Part shown: positions 12,501 through 25,700 of the stretch, piece after piece
Position numbering within the stretch: the stretch's first letter is position 1
Layout of the letters: the number at the start of each line of letters is the position of its first letter
Source: Ptychomitrium polyphyllum
Taxonomy: Eukaryota
Assembly (NCBI GenBank): GCA_973851085.1
Contig: OZ316776.1
Coordinates: 4,960,001-5,024,000, forward strand
Direction: 5' to 3'
DNA: 64,000 nucleotides
Notes under the pieces: model-generated
Told to the model about the DNA's origin: nothing
Databases searched by the model: none
Seen by the model: only the letters and a program-made list of their open reading frames with translations
Translations under genes and position numbers: made by a program

Positions 12501-13535
12501 AGTACGTCCTTGATTGTGACCTTCTTCAAATGGCCTCTCACAAGGACTTTTACAACAATGGAACCTACTTCAATGGCGTCCACAACACTATCATCACCCA
12601 AATGCATGTTGCGTGGACTAATTACCTCATATATGTCGAATGTCACCCTATGAAGTGTCATGTGCTTTGTGGCGCCTGAATCCATGATCCACTTAGACGT
12701 GGACTTGGAATGAGGACCATCTTGAGTAGCAAAGGCGTAGTCATCATCCTCCTTTGCATAATTGGCATTCTCCTTGTCCTTTGGTTGGTTTGCGTTGTCG
12801 CGCTCCCATTTCTTTGGTTTGGTGCAATTTCGTGCAAGGTGGCCCGGCTTGCCACAATTGTAACACAACCTTGATTCTCCACGTGAAGATGAGCTGCCCC
12901 CCTTGGTTTGCTTTGAATACAAGGCCGCATCATCGCCATGGCTCCCTTTCTCCTTGCACTTGTTCACTTCATGCATCATTCTCGCCGTTACAAACTCCAA
13001 GGTGAGGTTCTTCAATCGTAACGTCTCCAAGGCAATGATTAAGTTCTCAAATGATAGCGGCAAACTCTCAAGCAACATCATCACTACATCTCCCTCTCAC
13101 GAGGACCTCGAAGGATGTGAGCTGATCCGCAAGCTCCCTTACATGGTTGATGTGGTCCATCAAGTCATCACCTTCTTGCATCTTGATGGTGAAGAACTTG
13201 CGGAGAACAAAGAGGATGTTGGACAAGCTCTTTGTTTTGTGGATGTTGCACAATGCCTTCCATGCTTCCGCTGGTCCTTTGCAACTTTTGATGTGCGCAA
13301 GTTGGGCATTCACCAAACTCAATCCAATGACGGACAAGGCCTTCTTCGCGCGGCGATTGTACTCCTTTATTACCTTTGGATCTTCATCACTTGCGGGGGG
13401 TTCTTCGGTCTCCTCCACTATATCCCAAAGGTCCATGGACGACAAGACCATCTCCATGCAGAACTTCCAAAGGCCAAAGTTTTTCCCATTGAACTTGTCA
13501 ATGCTCCTAGCACTCTCACTCTCAAATGTGGCCAT
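9510..13535 (-). pseudogene. Copia C gag-pol polyprotein (frameshifted)
   Basis: Motifs: KFNGKNFGLWK gag, CYNCGKPGHLARNC knuckle, WIMDSGAT protease, WHHRLGH...CEGC and QNGVAERKNRT integrase, YVDD RT, and RNase H ending inside the LTR. Confidence 0.95.
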
Positions 13536-14051
13536 GACAACGTTTTAATGGCCAAGATCAACCCTTCCAAGGTTTGATTGTGCACTAAGGCACCTCAATC
13601 ACTCAACTTGAGCCTTTTCTAGGCTCCAACATACTTGCAAGCACCTACAATACTCACATCAGCCCCTACAAGGCTTTGATGTACAAGTATTCACTCAAGT
13701 TTTTCAAACCAGTTTCTTCTGAGCTCAAATGATCAAAGGTACAACTCAAACACTCAAATCCACTCCTTCCAGACTCAAATGCACACTTTTGCACCTCATT
13801 CAATCAAATTAGCCCCTTCTTTGCTTATACATGCAAATATGGACTTGAACAACATCAAAAAGCTCCACCTAGACTCCAATGTGCATCTAAGCACATCATT
13901 CACTCAAATCAGCACCTTTAAAGAGCAATTGAGCACATCCACTTGGATTGAACATTTACAAGGTCCAAATGCATCGATGTGCTCCACCTCCGCTCTTCCA
14001 ACTCTTTGTGCCTTCTCAAGCCGTCTCCAATTCTCCAATGTTCCTCCACGG

Positions 14052-14140
14052 CTCCAAATCAGCCCTTGTGCTCACCAATACTCCAAATCAGCCCTTGCGC
14101 ACCTCCAAAGCTCCAAATTAGCCCTTGTGCACCTCGAACT
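14052..14140. repeat. Three ~29-30-bp tandem repeats in the copia C leader
   Basis: The core ctccaaat(c/t)agcccttg(t/c)gc occurs three times. Confidence 0.8.
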
Positions 14141-14214
14141 CTCAAAAGACCTCCTCCAAATAACTTTGCAACAATAATTCTACACTCGCAACTTACATGA
14201 GTGGGCCCATAACC

Positions 14215-14622
14215 TATTGAAGTAACTAGAAGTAGAGAAGAAGATTGCACAAGCATAGAACCATACAAAGTAGTACAAACAATGCTTGGAGTGAGATATT
14301 GCCTTCTCTTGAAGGTCTTTACTTATACTACCACGTAGTGACGTCTCAAGCACTTTTTAAGATCCTTTTCAAGTATCTTACAAGTAGCTTTTCAAAGCCA
14401 CTTGCAAATTCTTTTATGCCAACTCATACACCCATTTGTCCTTGCCTTCCCATGCAAGACATGTAGGTTGGTCCTACCACGTTGACTGTGTATCATATAT
14501 GTACCTCTTAAGTGGCTTTCACCTCTCCCCCTTTTCTCCCCATTTTCTCTCCTTCTATATCTACCACAATACAATACTATTTATACTACCATAAATACTA
14601 CGAGCAACTCTAATCTCCAACA
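14215..14622 (-). repeat. 5' LTR of copia C
   Basis: Direct repeat of 9039-9522, immediately followed on the minus strand by the PBS. Confidence 0.95.
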
Positions 14623-15107
14623 GATGTGTCATCAATAGCTGTTAGTATCACAGAGAAGTTTTTCCTTCATAGACAAGTATAAGGAGGTAGGAGAGATATC
14701 CAAACCTCCAATTGTATGCAGCATTATTTCCAAAATAGATCATTTCTAGATCCTAGCCAGTATGTCAAATCTTCGTGTTATCATGGATATGCGTGAAGAG
14801 CAGTTGGCCATGCCTTCATCAACAACAGCATCTGTTGAGCCAACTCAACTTTCTCAGCCCTCGGTAACGAAGGATCTAAGTCAAGATATGGGAGGGACAT
14901 CCCAACGTCAAGTACGACCTTGTGCAGAAGTATTGACTAGTCGCCCTTCACATTCCAGTCTTGATTCAAATGCTCGCATTCTAGTCATCTTGTTAGAAAT
15001 TGGAAGAGTCACTCCTGGAAGACCCGAAATCTTGTTTGGAGGATGTTTTGAAGGACTTAATCAAGATCAGATCTTGCGATGGGACACGTCGCTAAATGGG
15101 GAGGTGA

Positions 15108-15721
15108 TGTCACGGATATATATCATGCAACATAGCCCTTTGAACATTCTAAAACCTTCTAGTATACTATAATAGCTTCTTAGAATACTTTTAGATGTCT
15201 CCATAGTCTTTTTATGTTCTTAAGAAGCTTCCTAGGAAAGTTTCTCCACCTTAGAAAACTTCCTATGAAGGTTCTATCATCTTAGGCAACTTCCTAGGAA
15301 AATTCCTAAGAATGTTCCATCATCTTAGGAAACTTCCTAGGAAGATTCCATCATCTTATGAAACTTCCTAGGAAGGTTCTGCTACTTTAGGAAACTTCCA
15401 AGGAAGGTTCCAACTCCTTGGAAGACTCTTAAGAAGGTTCCAACATCTTAGGAAACTTCTTGGAAAGGTTCCCCAGACTTCTACAACATTCTTAAGCCTT
15501 GTAGATAGCTTCTTTAGAAGTATCCTAGGAGATACAAGCGTTATAATATAAATAGGAAACAAGATAAGATATTCCTTAGTCTTGCCAATACAGGTTGTGG
15601 ATCATCTTGAATCCTGCCTTATTCTAGTCTTTGTATCAAGTTTTTGTTAATCATTAGCTCTTTGGAAGCTAATTCTTGAGAAATACTTTGTTTCTACTTC
15701 TTGTTTCTTGTGTCCCTAACA
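15108..15721 (+). repeat. 3' LTR of element B
   Basis: Matches 3639-4300, is preceded by the PPT, and has TATAAATA at 15547-15554. Confidence 0.95.
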
Positions 15722-15746
15722 CGTAGCACTCGGATACTCAAAGCCT

Positions 15747-15758
15747 GCTCTAATACCA
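15747..15758 (-). promoter_or_regulatory. tRNAi-Met primer binding site of element A
   Basis: The minus strand reads tggtattagagc, one mismatch from the canonical tggtatcagagc, 2 nt after the LTR end. Confidence 0.9.
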
Positions 15759-15760
15759 AA

Positions 15761-16903
15761 TGTCGCAACCCTTGTAATGCATCTTACAAGCGTCACGCGC
15801 GTCAATCTTGTACACCCCCACATGCACATGGTTAACCCCCATTCTCATTCTCCAAGACTTTCTACCATTTCTCTTAGGACACCCAATTGATTGGTAGCCA
15901 ATGGTTAGGTGTGGACTTCCATTCATGTCCAAGGTCTCATTTGGTGTTACTTCCATTCCACACGGCCTAACCGCACTTAGTGGTGTCTCCTCACTACCAC
16001 TCATGATCCCCATGTGATCATAAAATCACCCCGAGCCATCATGGTGCCGACGTGAAGACACCACCCCAACTTAGTGGTAACAAGCGTACCCTTTTGAACG
16101 TGCTAGTTCCCTCCGTGAAACCGACCGTCCACCAGCTCACAATGGTGTAGGAGTCCCCATGGTGAAGCCCCAACACTAACTCCACCAACCGGGACTCATC
16201 CTTGGTTCCGACCGGGACACTAGAGGAGTGGGGAGGGGGACCAGCCCTTCCCTAAAGTACTTTCTATGGGATTTGGCAGGCCCCCTGGCCCTCTGTAGCT
16301 GGCTGAACCCCGACACACCCAAAGTTTTGGAAGACCACCCGATCTCCCTTGGGACTTAGCCGCTAGAAGCCTCCGGAACTTCCTGCGGACCTTCAGGGAG
16401 CCATATCTTCCTTGTTTTGTACCTCAATGTATCAAGCAACCACTCTATCGTCATTTATTCTTTGCGTAGATGCCGATAGACTCCTTAAACGTCCGATTTG
16501 AGTTAGTATTCTAGGAGATATGCCTCTCCCAAGGTTTGGAACACCCGGGGAGTCCCTCCTTGGACTGTCCCACTCCAATATAGTCACTGTGTAGGGCTGC
16601 CACAGTCCAAAACAGCCCCTTGGCAACCCCAATTTTGGGATGCCATAACTTTTAGCTCCCTTGTCCGATTTGAGCAATCTTTAGCATTCTAAAATCAGCT
16701 CTTTGTGATTCCTTCAATGTCCACAAATTATCCTTCGTGGCCCTCGATCTACATGGGCAAGGATGTTTCTGCCCTTCGGGGTCCTTCCCACGCTAGGCCC
16801 ACTTGGTTCCCTCACTATCGGCGCCACAAGTTCTGGACGTCACTCCGGGGTCCCCCTTGTGCCCTTAGTGTTGTGGGCACTCTTTAAGGAGAGGTGTGCA
16901 ACA
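15761..16903 (-). repeat. 5' LTR of element A
   Basis: Bounded by inverted termini tgtcgca...tgcaaca and abuts the PBS. The sequence switches sharply to AT-rich DNA after 16903. The partner LTR is outside the window. Confidence 0.85.
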
Positions 16904-18160
16904 TTTAGGCTATAATTTCAATCAAAGTTTATGGAAATTTGATTAAAGGCCAAATTTTGTACATTTCATCCAAAAATTTGATAAAAGTCATATAAAATGT
17001 ATATGGAAAATGATCTTTGTCCAAAACATGGATGATTTAAAAAAAAATTAACCACCATAATCATTTTTTTTACCATCTGCATTTCCATTAAACTATTGTG
17101 CAAAAAAAAATGGTTGTTTATGTTATGATCAAATGAAGGCATTTAACATTATCATTTAGTGGTGCATAATGCACCAAGCAATAGAACAACCACTATTTTT
17201 AATGCTTCAAAGTTTAATTGATGTCTATAGAATCAATTCTACATTTTACATTCAATTTTGGTATTATAAATGAAAATAGATTCAAAACTATTTCTTTAAT
17301 AAATGAAGGCATGTGTTCAATTTAAATGAGAAAATTTTGCTAATATTAATAAAAATTTGTAAGTTTTCTAGAAATTATTAAAATATCAAAACCATATCCA
17401 TTACCAAATATAATATAAAACTCTAAAATTTCTACCATAAATGTAAATCACATTCATGAAATAAAAGCATGGTTGATGAAAATTATCCATATTTTAAAAT
17501 CAGCAAAACATCCATTTGTAGTTATTTGATATCCAATTTATAATTGTAGTATGTTTAATGATTTAAAGATTTTTCCGAGGATTTAATATAGAATTAAAAC
17601 AAACCTATGACCTTCATTCTATTTGTTGAGTGCAAATCCATTAAAATTTATTTTTAAGGCATAAATCGAGTTCTAGCCAAAAAAAACCAAAAAATCCTAA
17701 ATACAATATATACAGGAGTACATTTTACCATCTTTTCTACCATGGAGACATTATACAAAATCCAAAATTAGCATACATGTTATAAATTCAATATTAAGAA
17801 GTGACATCCTATGATAAAAAACCACTGTAATAAGAGATGAACGAAAAACATCCACATCTTGTGAGGATATGAGAATGATAAGAATGCCATTGGGTCATTG
17901 ACAATGAAATATCTTTCTCTCCTACATCATGGCCTTGTATCTGCAAAGCACATGATAGGAATACAGAGATACTTCCACCTTGATGGAAACTAAATGATGT
18001 GTTAACTTGCCCCAAAGCCAAATCCAAAACACAGAAAACCAGTGCCGTTGAAAAGTTCTAACAATGTTGGACAAGATTCGGAGTCATGTACATGAAAAGA
18101 ATGGGTTGAGTTGGCATTGAGTGTCACCGAGGACTGGCAGCACTCGAGACCCCCTGGAAT

Positions 18161-18218
18161 GGACGTGGATGAACGTGGATGAACGTGGATGAACGTGGAT
18201 GAACGTGGATGAACGTGG
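18161..18218. repeat. 10-bp minisatellite (gaacgtggat)x~6
   Basis: Directly visible tandem copies. Confidence 0.95.
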
Positions 18219-19586
18219 TGAAGGACTTGGACTGGGAGCTTCCATTTTGCTTCAAGACTGTGAAGAGTGGTCAGAGTCCAACATTTGGTCGTCCAGCCAC
18301 AGTTGACCCTAATAGCTTAAGAATGAAGAAAAAATGTGATGAAGGAAAGTTTTTTTAACTTGCTATTACGAAGGAATCTATTTAACTGTACCAGTTATCA
18401 AGAATTTTGATGCTTGGATAGTAGGAGATTAATAAAAACTAGGGAAGTCAAAAAGAAACCGTCCGCCTTCATCAACACTAACATGTTTCCATTGTACAAT
18501 TCTTGTGAGGTAAACACGTGAAATATTTATCTAAAACCAATCAGGCAGAGAAAGGATTGAGAGGAATAATGTGATTGTAAAATCTACATCATTGGTTCAC
18601 ACTGGTCGCATCTCACAGTGTGAACAGGTACCTTGAAATATGGTATGTCGGTGTATACTTCAAGCAGATAATAATGTACGCACACATCCTCAAACATCCA
18701 CACAGAGCTGTTCCTACAACTGACGTTTGATTTTATATCCAAAGTGACCATATAAAATGAGGTCATACATTTCTTCAAAGCAACAAAAAGATTTCTTCAA
18801 ATATCATAGCTTCTAGAATGTTACCTATTAAATCCGCTCCTACCAGCTTTATTCAAAACATGCTAATATTCTCATATTACCAACATTCCTTTAATTGGAA
18901 AGGCTAGCTTAATAGGTTTTTTTTGACAAATATTGAAGGTAACATTAGTGAATCTCACCACTAACGTCTTCACTATAATAGCAATCTTTAATGTCATTAG
19001 GTCATCCATTGCTAATTTAGTGGTTGTTTTGTGTGATTTCAACACGCTGATGGATCAAGCCAAAAAAAAAAATTGTCTTAATGCAATTTAAATATAGACT
19101 TCGTACAAATTCACAAATCACACACAAAACACAATAAAAACCAATAAAATTACAGATATAAAAGATCTAGTTCAATTCTCTTCTGATACATACCTATTTG
19201 GTAAACAAATTACATCGAAGTAATGTGCTTAGGGAATGAAGTTAATACTAAATTAATGAGGTTCAATATTAATCCATATTGTGAATGAATTGGTATTAAA
19301 CCAAATTGTAATAGTAATAGAAATAACCTTTTTTAGTGATGTTAATTGGCCTATTAGAAATTGGAATTTAAAATCTATGGCTATCATTTATATATCAACT
19401 CCAATGTTATCTTAGGTCTTATTTTATGAAGTGTTTTTCCAAATCATCTATCTCAAAGATGTCCTATGATTTAATATGGATATTATATAAAAACCATTTA
19501 TTTTGAAAATAGTTCTCTTAAAGTTTCTTTAAGATATTTTCAATTGTATGGAATGAATTATATATGTAATAAAAACTTATAGATAA

Positions 19587-19652
19587 GGAAAGAAAGGGAT
19601 TCGAACCCTTGGTAAACAAAAGTTTACATAGCATTTCCAATGCTACGCCTTC
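19587..19652 (-). pseudogene. trnS-GGA: 5'-truncated plastid-type tRNA-Ser(GGA) fragment (probable NUPT)
   Basis: The minus strand reads gaaggcgtagcattGGAaatgctatgtaaacttttgtttaccaagggttcgaatccctttctttcc. This gives an anticodon arm, long variable arm and T-loop resembling plastid trnS-GGA. The 5' acceptor/D-arm part is missing. Confidence 0.85.
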
Positions 19653-22600
19653 GCTATTGCAAGATGGTCTGCTTTTGTTTTTTTTTATAGTTGCTTTATT
19701 CTTAGTTGATAAAGTGTTTTTTTTTTTTGTTTTTCTATAGGGTTTTCAAAAATAAAAATTTATAGAAATTAAATGAAACTTATTTAATAACAATTTAAAT
19801 GCCTTTATTTACTTAATATTTCTTTGTGATAAATTATTAAGTATTGATAATGAATGTAAAACTAAAAAAAACGTAAAACTTAGCTGTGAATAGACGTAAT
19901 TTCAAATCATATTATTTAAAAGAAGCATTCTAATGCATAAAAAAATTCAGACATTATTGATAATTTAAGATTTTTTAAAGTGCTGATTTTTGGTTGTGAT
20001 ATTTTATTTGTACATCTTGAAAAATCAATTTGCTATGTTTTCCAAAATGTATGTTAAAAGATAAAATAATGTGAAATTATGGATATGAATGTGGTTACTT
20101 TAGTCCATACATATTGGTGTCTATAGACTCAAACATGTAATTTAGCACAATGTTATTCATCCACACATATTTCTTTTTGCTACATTAATACTTTCATCCA
20201 TTTTTAAATGTAATTTGTGGTTTTTTTACTTTTAATAATTAAATAGGATGTTTCATAAGTGTATAATTTAGTTGAGCCAATTGAGTTTTTGAATCCCTGA
20301 TTTCAACATATATACAATTTGAATACATATTTACATATTTCCTAACATTCTTAAAAAAATCCCTAAATTAAAGAAAATAAGCTAAGATTCCAAGTTTTTT
20401 AAATTTTAAATGTTTGTTTTATTCTCATATAATGTACATATATCAATTTTTTTTAAATGTTGAAATTTGTTTATTTTTCTTATAGATATGTTTAATTTTA
20501 AAACTATATTCTATTAAATGATGAACATATTTAATTCCACTTAAGTGATGATTAAAAGTGCTCTTGCCTTCAAGGTGATAATTCATTTAAATAAAAGTTT
20601 TAAAAATCATAATTAAAAAAATTCAAATTTTATCTCAAAACTTTATTGAACTCAATAATACTATTATATTATTAATTTGTACTACCAAATTGCATTTTTT
20701 CATAATTGTTGTATTATATTGATGTGTTTATTGAAATATTAAATTTACATTTTATAAAAGTGATTAACATATATTGTATTAATCTCAAATTACAATATAT
20801 GTTTCATTATAGGAGGATTTAAGAAAAAGGTCAGATTAACATAAGTTATTTAATAATACAATATATAAAATTCTATCAAAGGTTGGCAAGCACCATTGAG
20901 TGAAATAGTATACATTCTCAATTTAATGTAGACAACTATTATTAAGAGTTTTATTTTTCTTTTATAGGGATGATTGTTGAATATTATTTTTCATCATATA
21001 ACTAAGCCTTTCTATGTAGCTTCCAATTTAAATCATATTTGACCAAGAAACAACACAAAATCTCAACGAAATTTCCTTTAAGTCACATCTAATTTTAGAT
21101 TATATAATAAATTTGGTCAAAAGTCGGAATTATAATGACTTTATAATTTATAAGAAATTTTTTTAAGAATTATGTTATATATATCAAGAAAAGATTTACA
21201 ACTTTTCTTGGTTATATTTTTTTTTATTTTATTTGTAAAAAGATGTTAAATCTTTTAAATGGTAAGACTCATGGAAATGTTCTTGGTACTACTGAAAAGC
21301 TCTCAATAAAGGAAGGTGTGCATGGATAGTCTTGTTAGGTCTTGAAACTACAATGTGAAAGGTTGAGTTTCAAAGTTTTTTTATTTTAAAGAAATAAAAA
21401 AATTAATCAACAAAAAGTATTGGAACTTTTCATTGATAAGTACTGTGAAGAAGCTGGTATACTTGGAATATAAAACATAGACTTTGCCTCTGTCATGTCT
21501 AACATTTGTTGTATAAGTAGCCAAAGATGAAATGATAAGATCCAAATGTATTTCCACATCTTGTAATAATAAAAAACAAAAGATGGGAGAGTTTTAAGGT
21601 AGGAGCACTTATAATCAACATATACCTAATTTAATAATTTTATAAGTTTTCAACAAAAAGTACATACTAGGCTATTGAATCTTCAAAAATTGTAGATTCT
21701 GGTTTTAGAGCCATATTATTTTCCAATTTCATTAATTTATAATATAATCATAAAAAACCAAAACAAATACAATGTTTCCAATTTTGGGTTTCTTTTGAAA
21801 ATGGGGATTTCAGAAAATTAGTTTCAACATGCTTAACAATTGCTCAAATGCTTAAAATGATGGTTTTAGGTGCTCCTATCTTCCTACACTTCTAGACGCT
21901 GAGGGCAAAAACAGAAAAGCAGTCGAGGAATTTTACACATGTACAGATCCTGGACATGAAACTGAATTACTGTAGTCGTGGAAAATATAGCCCATTTAAC
22001 CCAGAATTTCACTAATAAAATTTCAGAAACATGAAGGCAAGAATTTAATAAAAGTACCTAATATTTTGACTACACTACGTAGAGTAAACCACTGTAACTA
22101 CAAAGGAGCATACTTTAAAGAGTGCAAGCAACATCCAGGTATCAGGAAATCTGCCACAAAACAATGTTGACGCCCTGAAGGTAACTAAATCCTCAACACT
22201 TCTGCCACACTAGATGTGCACACTCAGTGTAGTCAGAGTTCGATTCAAATGTCATGCCCAATAGTATTGGGATAAAATGAGCGAGAGTTACAGTAGCCGA
22301 CTGTGTAGAGCCTTTAAAGATGAAAAAGGCCGGGCTTGACATCACTACCACAGGTATTCTACTAACAGTCATTCTCTCAACCTATTCTCGACGTTATCTC
22401 CTTCCTATCATATGCTCAACTAACCAATAAGTGTCTAGATTAGCTGCACAAGCGAGTGCCCAGTTCAACCGCATCCTCTCAAAAGTCACCACGCCAAATA
22501 TGAGCATCCACTACTGGAACTTGAAGCAGCCAAGTTCCACTCTAACCACTAAAAAAGTTTACAAAATGAAAATAATGAGGATCCTAACCTCTAGCAATGC

Positions 22601-22728
22601 TCAACCCAATCTGAATTCTGCTTTTGAACCCTGTATTGGCGCAAAGTACCATTATTTCTCCTACAAAAGAGTGCTAAGACCTTGGAGGCTTGTTGATGCT
22701 ACATAAGGCTCAAGGAAGTTCTACCAAC

Positions 22729-25700
22729 TTAAGATCTTCTGATGGTTTCCCAACTTATCAACTCGTTGCAAAGTCCACAAACGGAAGCAGAACCTGCTCT
22801 AATATTCTCATCTTTGAGCTGTCGTACATGGTTTTCAACTGAGCAACCCTTAGGGACATGAGATGGAGCAGCAAAATGTGATGGTGGAAGAGAATTCGAC
22901 TGTACAGGTGGAAGGTTGTAAGGAATTGAAACAGGAATTTGTTGAAACGTGGAAAACGGAAACATGTGAGGCACTCCTGAGGTCGAAGGTGCAAGACTCT
23001 GAGGGACAAGCTCCTCATGGTGAAAGGACTCCCAAGCAAGGGTTTGTTCCTCTTTCGAAAGCTTCTCGTCCTCCAAATCTTCTAATAAAGGTTCATGTTC
23101 ATGGTACCTCCCAATCCACCTGAACAAAGCACAGTCAACTCGTCTCCATCCATCATACTTTCAACATAGGGTATCGAATATCAGCAATAGATTAAGCATA
23201 ATAATAAAAATGTACTTGAACTGAACTATTTCTGAGCTTTAAGAACTTACTCGGGACGATATTCGAGGAGAAGTTTGCCCATTACATCATCCCGGGGTGG
23301 AGCATCATTTGGGACACAAAATTTTGCCCGCTTTGGTTTTACCAGCGGCAATCCTGGGGCCGCTTCCTCTTGAATTGATGTGGAGGATACGTCTGCACTT
23401 TGAGAATTATCCTCATCCACAGGACGATCATCGTCTCGGTCATCGTCAAGTGTAAAAAAGAAATCCAGGTCTTCTCCAAGAAAGTGTCTTGCGACCTGGT
23501 GCTCATCAAGCACTCTTGCAGCTAGACCCTCTTTAGCAACCTGAAAGCAATCAAAACAGCGCATGATCATCCTTTGCACAGTAGTTTCACTCCCTACTCC
23601 TGCCGTTGTAAATTAAGCCAGGAAAATTGTAAAACAAACTAATAAATTTTAACAGGATGCCCAAGTACCTGACGGTTATAAATTTTCTCCTCCATTGTTC
23701 CAGAAGCCAGAAGTCTGTAGGCATAAACGTTCTTCTTCTGCCCAAACCTGCAATAACATCTATTGTAATAAGTATTTGCAGAATTGGCTTGAAACTGCCA
23801 AACAATCAACCAAAATCACTGATGCATCTTCGTTAAACTCTGCATAGGGGAGTTGAAACAGTATTAAAATATCGGATTGTGTTGTTAGGCATGCAAATTT
23901 GTGGATCGGTATGATGCAGTAAAGGATCTAGTGTTTCGCAGGTGCCTTTCCTCTCTGAAGGTTTCTTCAAGAATTTAGAGTAGAAACATCACCTCCACGC
24001 TCGAAAGAGAGCTTGCAAATCGTGGGTTGGATTCCAAGACCCATCGAAGATTATGACTCTATTAGCAGCAGGTAGATTGATCCCCAAAGATCCTGCCCGA
24101 GTGGAGATAAGGACACATTGAACACGTGTATTCTCTGGGTCATTGAATTTTTCCACAAGGTCTTGCCTTGACTTTGCTGGTGTTTGTCCATCAAGCCTGA
24201 GCAATTCAGAAAAAACTAATCACTCTATGCCCAGAAGACTAAAAAGGCAGAAAGGAAAGAAATTACTGGAGTACATCAGTCAAAAATATAACACAAGTGT
24301 ATTAGATGCAGAATTTTCTAAGCTACCGAAAATGCGCATTAAACTGTGTAACAATAAAAATGAGACAGAAACTTAAGTCATTAATGAACATACCTATACC
24401 AATCACGATTCTTCTTCCAATTGCCATTAAAACCATTCAAACATGCCATGTTTCCCAAAAAGACCTCAATGAGGTCAAGTGTATGCAAAGATTGGCTGAA
24501 GACGAGAGCCTTATCCGACCTTACTGAACTCAATGCTAGGATTTTCATTAAGATAACCATTTTGCCACTCATTTCCATCACTTCACGAGGCTGACCTTCC
24601 ATCAAATCCTTCCACCATCCTGATTTATCAACCTGCTAAAGATCCCAAAAGGTTTTGAGTGTGTCAAGCTCTGCAACGCAAAAAATAGGTTTGACACAAT
24701 AATGATTTCATAAGCCATCAGAGCATTGAGCTTCTGATACTAACCTAATAAGAAGAACCAAGAAATAAGGTGACTTACATCTTCGTGATTGCCATCTGCT
24801 CGACATACAGTCCGAGCACAGTTTGATGAACTGCCTTTAATTTCCCCAGGACCTGTTTCTGTCCTCAAAAAGTCAACAATAAGCCACGATCTACATTGGA
24901 CTAAAAAGAGCAGTAGAATTAAGAAAGCTAAGTAGTACAAATACCCACCTTTGACTGTTCCATCAACGCCATTATCGTCATTTATAACAATCACTCGCTC
25001 AGATGCGCCAGGGCCAGTATCAACAACATCAGGCACGTCATCATCCTTGTCAACAATGAAGTTCTCGACATTGTCCTCCTTGCGCAAATCTTTCTCTTCT
25101 TGAGCCAAGATGAGCAAATCTGGGTGGTTCCATATCTATCACAACATATAGGCTGTAAGAACCAGTGCAACCATAAATGTGTCCTGGTCATTCAGTACAA
25201 AAAAGTAGCGCAAACTTGGAAAATAATAATAAAAGGATAAGGGTGGTGATCGTCATTTTATGTTCACCTTAAACAATGTATGATAAGCTTGAAAGAGAAT
25301 GTTGCCCCCTGATGATGGCTTTACATTTTTTCCATTACCAAGGAAACCATTCATCTGCAAGAACTTCAAGTACAGCGACCTTTGCAATGGAGATAGCTTA
25401 ACTGAAATGACATACACACATTTCGATGGTAGCTCATCTAGCATGGTATTCATGGTTTTCCGTTGCACAAAACCCATCAACTGCTTATGCAGGACATGAG
25501 CACGGTGCTTCATGAGCTTCACATCCCTTAATGTTGAATCTGACCTCTGGCCATTCTCTATGGGAGTAGAAAACCTGATAATAGATGTCACAACAATTAA
25601 GAAGATTAACAATAGACATTACACGCAGACGTTAAAACACTAAAGCTTCAACCACCCGAAGTATGGATTTAAAGGATAACACAAGAGATTATACTTCCTA

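Larger units (their letters stand above)
9039..14622 (-). mobile_element. Ty1/copia LTR retrotransposon C, full length, decayed
   Basis: LTRs at 9039-9522 and 14215-14622. TSD is gacgt (9034-9038) / gatgt (14623-14627). PBS ggttatgggccca is at 14202-14214 (minus). PPT aaagtgagag is adjacent to 9522. Domain order is gag-PR-IN-RT-RH. Confidence 0.96.
3639..15721 (+). mobile_element. Ty3/gypsy chromovirus B (Tcn1/Tf1-sushi-like), full length but decayed; interrupted by copia C
   Basis: LTRs at 3639-4300 and 15108-15721 (TGTCACGG...AACA). Target-site duplication is tgtag (3634-3638) / cgtag (15722-15726). A purine-rich PPT (aaatggggaggtga) precedes the 3' LTR. Domain order is gag-PR-RT-RH-IN-chromodomain. 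Confidence 0.95.
1..16903 (-). mobile_element. Ty3/gypsy LTR retrotransposon A (decayed; 3' end lies outside the window; interrupted by element B at 3634-15726)
   Basis: Minus-strand order is gag (CCHC knuckle CHGCGKIGHFIAEC), protease, RT (YIDDILVYS), RNase H, then integrase Zn finger (HDSPIAGH...CMKC), with frameshifts and stops. The 5' LTR is at 15761-16903, followed by the PBS at 15747-15758. Confidence 0.93.

Noticed and set aside
9700..13577. Long plus-strand ORFs (e.g. 9700-10509, 12903-13577)
   Set aside because: They are antisense shadows of the copia pol and gag, with no independent motifs.
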